From Paracoccaceae bacterium (GTDB lineage Bacteria; Pseudomonadota; Alphaproteobacteria; Rhodobacterales; Rhodobacteraceae), in contig JABGTH010000169.1 of assembly GCA_018647275.1 (NCBI GenBank), positions 1 to 42,266 of the forward strand: DNA of 42,266 nt, in the 5' to 3' direction. This document shows positions 39,315 through 42,266 of the stretch, piece after piece. Made by a program: the position numbers and the translations under genes. How positions within the stretch are numbered: the stretch's first letter is position 1; each line of letters begins with the position of its first letter. The notes under the pieces were generated by a model. The model made no database searches and was not told where the DNA came from. It saw only the letters and a program-made list of their open reading frames with translations.

Positions 39315-41945
39315 TCAGTTTTTGGCCGCCTCTTTCAGTTTGTAGATCAGGTCGAGCGCTTGTTTTGGTGACAACTCGTCTGGAAGAATATCGCCTAGTA
39401 AATCTAACGCCGGAGAGGCCTCAACCTTAACCGGTACAGGGGGTGGCGTGCTGGCGAAAAGGGGCAGATCGTCGAACAGTGTCTTTTGTGTTGTCCCACC
39501 TTCACGTTCACCTTTTTCCAAGGTTTCCAGCACCACACGTGCGCGCGCGATTACAGCATCTGGCAGACCAGCCAGCTTTGCCACCTGAACACCATAAGAC
39601 CGATCGGCAGCGCCTTTTTTAACTTCGTGCAAGAAAACAACGTCACCATCGAATTCTTTAACCGCAACAGTAGCGTTATCTACCCCATCCAACTTGCCCG
39701 AAAGCGCAGTCATTTCGTGATAGTGCGTAGCGAATAACGCGCGTGATTGGTTAACGTCGTGCAGGTGCTCTAGCGTGGCCCATGCGATTGATAGGCCGTC
39801 ATAGGTAGCAGTACCGCGTCCAATTTCATCCAAGATCACCAATGCATGGTCGTCCGCTTGGTTTAGGATAGCGGCGGTCTCTACCATTTCGACCATAAAT
39901 GTGGATCGCCCACGCGCCAGATCGTCAGATGCACCCACGCGGCTGAACAATTGGCTGATCATGCCAATATGTGCAGAAGTGGCGGGTACATAGCTGCCCA
40001 TTTGTGCCAGAAGGGCAATCAGTGCGTTTTGACGTAAGAATGTCGATTTACCAGCCATGTTGGGACCGGTTAGCAGCCAGATGTTTGAAGTGTCCGTCGC
40101 TGACAGATCGCAGTCATTGGCGATGAAAGGTTGGCCAGATTGATCACGCAAAGCCTTTTCCACAACGGGATGGCGCCCAGCGATAATGTTGAACGCACGC
40201 GAGGTATCGACAGTTGGCTTGCACCAGTCTTGGGCACGGGCGAGTTGGGCCAAACTGGTGGCCAAATCGATTTCTGCCAAGCCGCGGGCGGTCTGCGTGA
40301 TCAGCGCTGCACTGTCCAGAATGGTGCGCTTTAGAATTTCATAGAGACGCTTTTCGATCTCAAGGGCGCGGTTGCCAGCGTTGAGGATCTTCGTCTCCAT
40401 CTCCGACAATTCAATAGTGGTAAAGCGCACTTGATTGGCAGTGGTTTGACGGTGAATGAATGTTTCGTTTAGAGGCGGCGATAGCATTCTATCCGCATGG
40501 GTCGCAGTAGTTTCGATGAAATAGCCTAAGACGTTATTGTGTTTGATTTTCAACGTTGAAATACCCGTTTGCGTGGCGAATTCTTTTTGCATTTGCGCGA
40601 TCACACTACGCCCTTCATCACGTAGTTTGCGGGCCTCATCGAGGTCTTCGTCATATTCGGGGGCGATGAAACCGCCATCACGAGCCAAAAGTGGCGGCTC
40701 TGCGATCAGTGCTTGATCTAGTAATTCAACCAAATCGTCATGCCCTGTCAGGCTTTGTAGCGCGCTAGACAATAGTTTTGGCGCGTCGCCAAGACCGTTT
40801 GATGCAATCAAACTTGCCTCAGCCAAACCATTGCGGATGGCGGTCAGATCACGGGGGCCGCCACGATCTAAGGATAGGCGCGACAGGGCGCGGTCCAAAT
40901 CGGGAACTTGGCGCAGTTTTTCACGCACATCTTCGGTAATCTGTGTGTTTTCTACTACGTGTGATACGGCATTCAATCTGTCCGAAACTGTCTCTAACAA
41001 ACGCGAAGGTGCAGAAAGTCTTCGCTCAAGAAGGCGTGCGCCACCTGCGGTGACGGTGGTGTCAATCACAGCAAGCAATGATCCGGCACGTCCACCTGAC
41101 AAGGCTTGGGTCAGTTCCAGATTACGCCTAGTGGCGGCGTCGATCTGAACGGTTTTATTATGCTGTTCCTGCTGTGGGGGCTGTAATAGAGGCAATTTAC
41201 CCTTTTGAGTAATATTTAGGTACTCAACGATGGCGCCCATCGCAGCAATTTCGGCTCGATCGAAGTTACCATAGGCGTCCAAAGTGCTGACGCCGAACAG
41301 ATCACAAAGGCGCTTTTCTCCAGACGTGCTGTCAAAAGAAGATCCTGACAATCCCGTCAATGAAATTCCAAATTCAGTTACTAACTGGTGTAAATCGTTC
41401 TCTAGTGCCTGTGGGACTATCAACTCGGACGGGGACAAGCGGGCGAGTTCAGGACCCAACCGCGTTTGGTTCGCCTTCATCGCGTTGAACGTACCAGTGG
41501 AAATATCGACCCATGCAATAGCAGCTTGATCGCGAACCTCAACAAACGCTGCGAGATAATTGTGGCTGCGTGCGTTCAGCAAGCTGTCTTCTGTCAAGGT
41601 GCCTGGGGTGACAAGACGCACAACATCGCGTTTTACGATTGATTTATAGCCACGTTTCTTTGCTTCAGCAGGACTTTCCAGCTGCTCGCAAACGCCAACG
41701 CGATATCCTTTGCGTATGAGGGTCAGCAGATACCCTTCGGCCGCATGCACAGGCACGCCGCACATGGGAATGTCATTGCCCTCATGTTTGCCGCGTTTGG
41801 TCAGAGCGATGTCTAAGCTTTCAGCTGCGGCAACGGCATCATCAAAGAACATTTCATAGAAATCGCCCATACGATAAAACAGCAAAGCATCAGGATGCGC
41901 GGCTTTTATCTCTAGATACTGGGCCATCATTGGTGTGACGGTCAT
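39315..41945 (-). CDS. mutS: DNA mismatch repair protein MutS
   Basis: TPMMAQY, RMGDFYEMF, TGPNMAGKST, DEIGRGT, FATHYHE. Confidence 0.98.
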   Translation of the reverse strand: MTVTPMMAQYLEIKAAHPDALLFYRMGDFYEMFFDDAVAAAESLDIALTKRGKHEGNDIPMCGVPVHAAEGYLLTLIRKGYRVGVCEQLESPAEAKKRGYKSIVKRDVVRLVTPGTLTEDSLLNARSHNYLAAFVEVRDQAAIAWVDISTGTFNAMKANQTRLGPELARLSPSELIVPQALENDLHQLVTEFGISLTGLSGSSFDSTSGEKRLCDLFGVSTLDAYGNFDRAEIAAMGAIVEYLNITQKGKLPLLQPPQQEQHNKTVQIDAATRRNLELTQALSGGRAGSLLAVIDTTVTAGGARLLERRLSAPSRLLETVSDRLNAVSHVVENTQITEDVREKLRQVPDLDRALSRLSLDRGGPRDLTAIRNGLAEASLIASNGLGDAPKLLSSALQSLTGHDDLVELLDQALIAEPPLLARDGGFIAPEYDEDLDEARKLRDEGRSVIAQMQKEFATQTGISTLKIKHNNVLGYFIETTATHADRMLSPPLNETFIHRQTTANQVRFTTIELSEMETKILNAGNRALEIEKRLYEILKRTILDSAALITQTARGLAEIDLATSLAQLARAQDWCKPTVDTSRAFNIIAGRHPVVEKALRDQSGQPFIANDCDLSATDTSNIWLLTGPNMAGKSTFLRQNALIALLAQMGSYVPATSAHIGMISQLFSRVGASDDLARGRSTFMVEMVETAAILNQADDHALVILDEIGRGTATYDGLSIAWATLEHLHDVNQSRALFATHYHEMTALSGKLDGVDNATVAVKEFDGDVVFLHEVKKGAADRSYGVQVAKLAGLPDAVIARARVVLETLEKGEREGGTTQKTLFDDLPLFASTPPPVPVKVEASPALDLLGDILPDELSPKQALDLIYKLKEAAKN

Positions 41946-42077
41946 ATTTTGTCCCCCGACAAGTGTTAGCTGACCTTACAAAGACGGACGAGGTGGGAAA
42001 ACCCGTAAAGTGCTTAACCATTGAGGGTCTCAGATCTCTCGTTTACGGTTAAATCTCTAATTGGAGGAAAATGCACA

Positions 42078-42266
42078 ATGTCAAAGACTAGAGTCACCGA
42101 TGAAGAGGCGTTGGCCTTTCACTTAGAGCCAACACCTGGAAAATTTGAAATCACGGCCACTGTTCCAATGACCACGCAACGGGACTTGTCTTTGGCCTAT
42201 TCTCCAGGCGTTGCGGTGCCTTGCTTGGCGATCGCCGAGAATCCTGGTTTGGCCTATGACTATACG
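42078..42266 (+). CDS. maeB: NADP-dependent malic enzyme, 5' part only (runs off the window)
   Basis: Hand-translated MSKTRVTDEEALAFHLEPTPGKFEITATVPMTTQRDLSLAYSPGVAVPC...AYDYT. Confidence 0.92.
   Translation, partial: MSKTRVTDEEALAFHLEPTPGKFEITATVPMTTQRDLSLAYSPGVAVPCLAIAENPGLAYDYT

Noticed and set aside
1-42266. Many short antisense or overlapping ORFs; CRISPR arrays, tRNA or rRNA genes
   Set aside because: The shadow ORFs lie inside well-supported genes and have no recognisable motifs; no repeat-spacer array or structural RNA gene was recognised by eye

Overview
This is core chromosome of a Rhodobacteraceae (Roseobacter-group-like) alphaproteobacterium and spans the replication origin. Gene order: moxR / DUF1285 / msrBA / HD hydrolase-GNAT / regA-senC / regB-[divL-like PAS gene]-tsaE-[amgK-murU]-addBA-trxA / IS3 remnant + acnB / hslV-[DM13]-hslU-MFS / smr-[mltA]-tim44 / fxsA-secB / dnaQ-coaE-aroE-maf / oriC / hemJ-rho-mnmE-mnmG-rsmG-parAB / hemW-rdgB-rph / hrcA-grpE / mutS / maeB. 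Brackets mark degraded genes. oriC (DnaA boxes, trio-like tract, AT-rich element) and two perfect parS palindromes are directly visible. The most notable feature, missed by the ORF track, is selective erosion of normally conserved cell-envelope and cell-cycle genes. amgK and murU are collapsed into a 57-aa in-frame chimera, mltA is cut to a short stub that keeps its native stop, the CtrA-box-preceded divL-like gene is shattered, and a DM13 gene is pseudogenised. Both deletions leave the overlaps with downstream genes intact. I found no new multi-gene system, CRISPR array, tRNA or rRNA. All product calls come from motif and synteny recognition by eye, not database searches.
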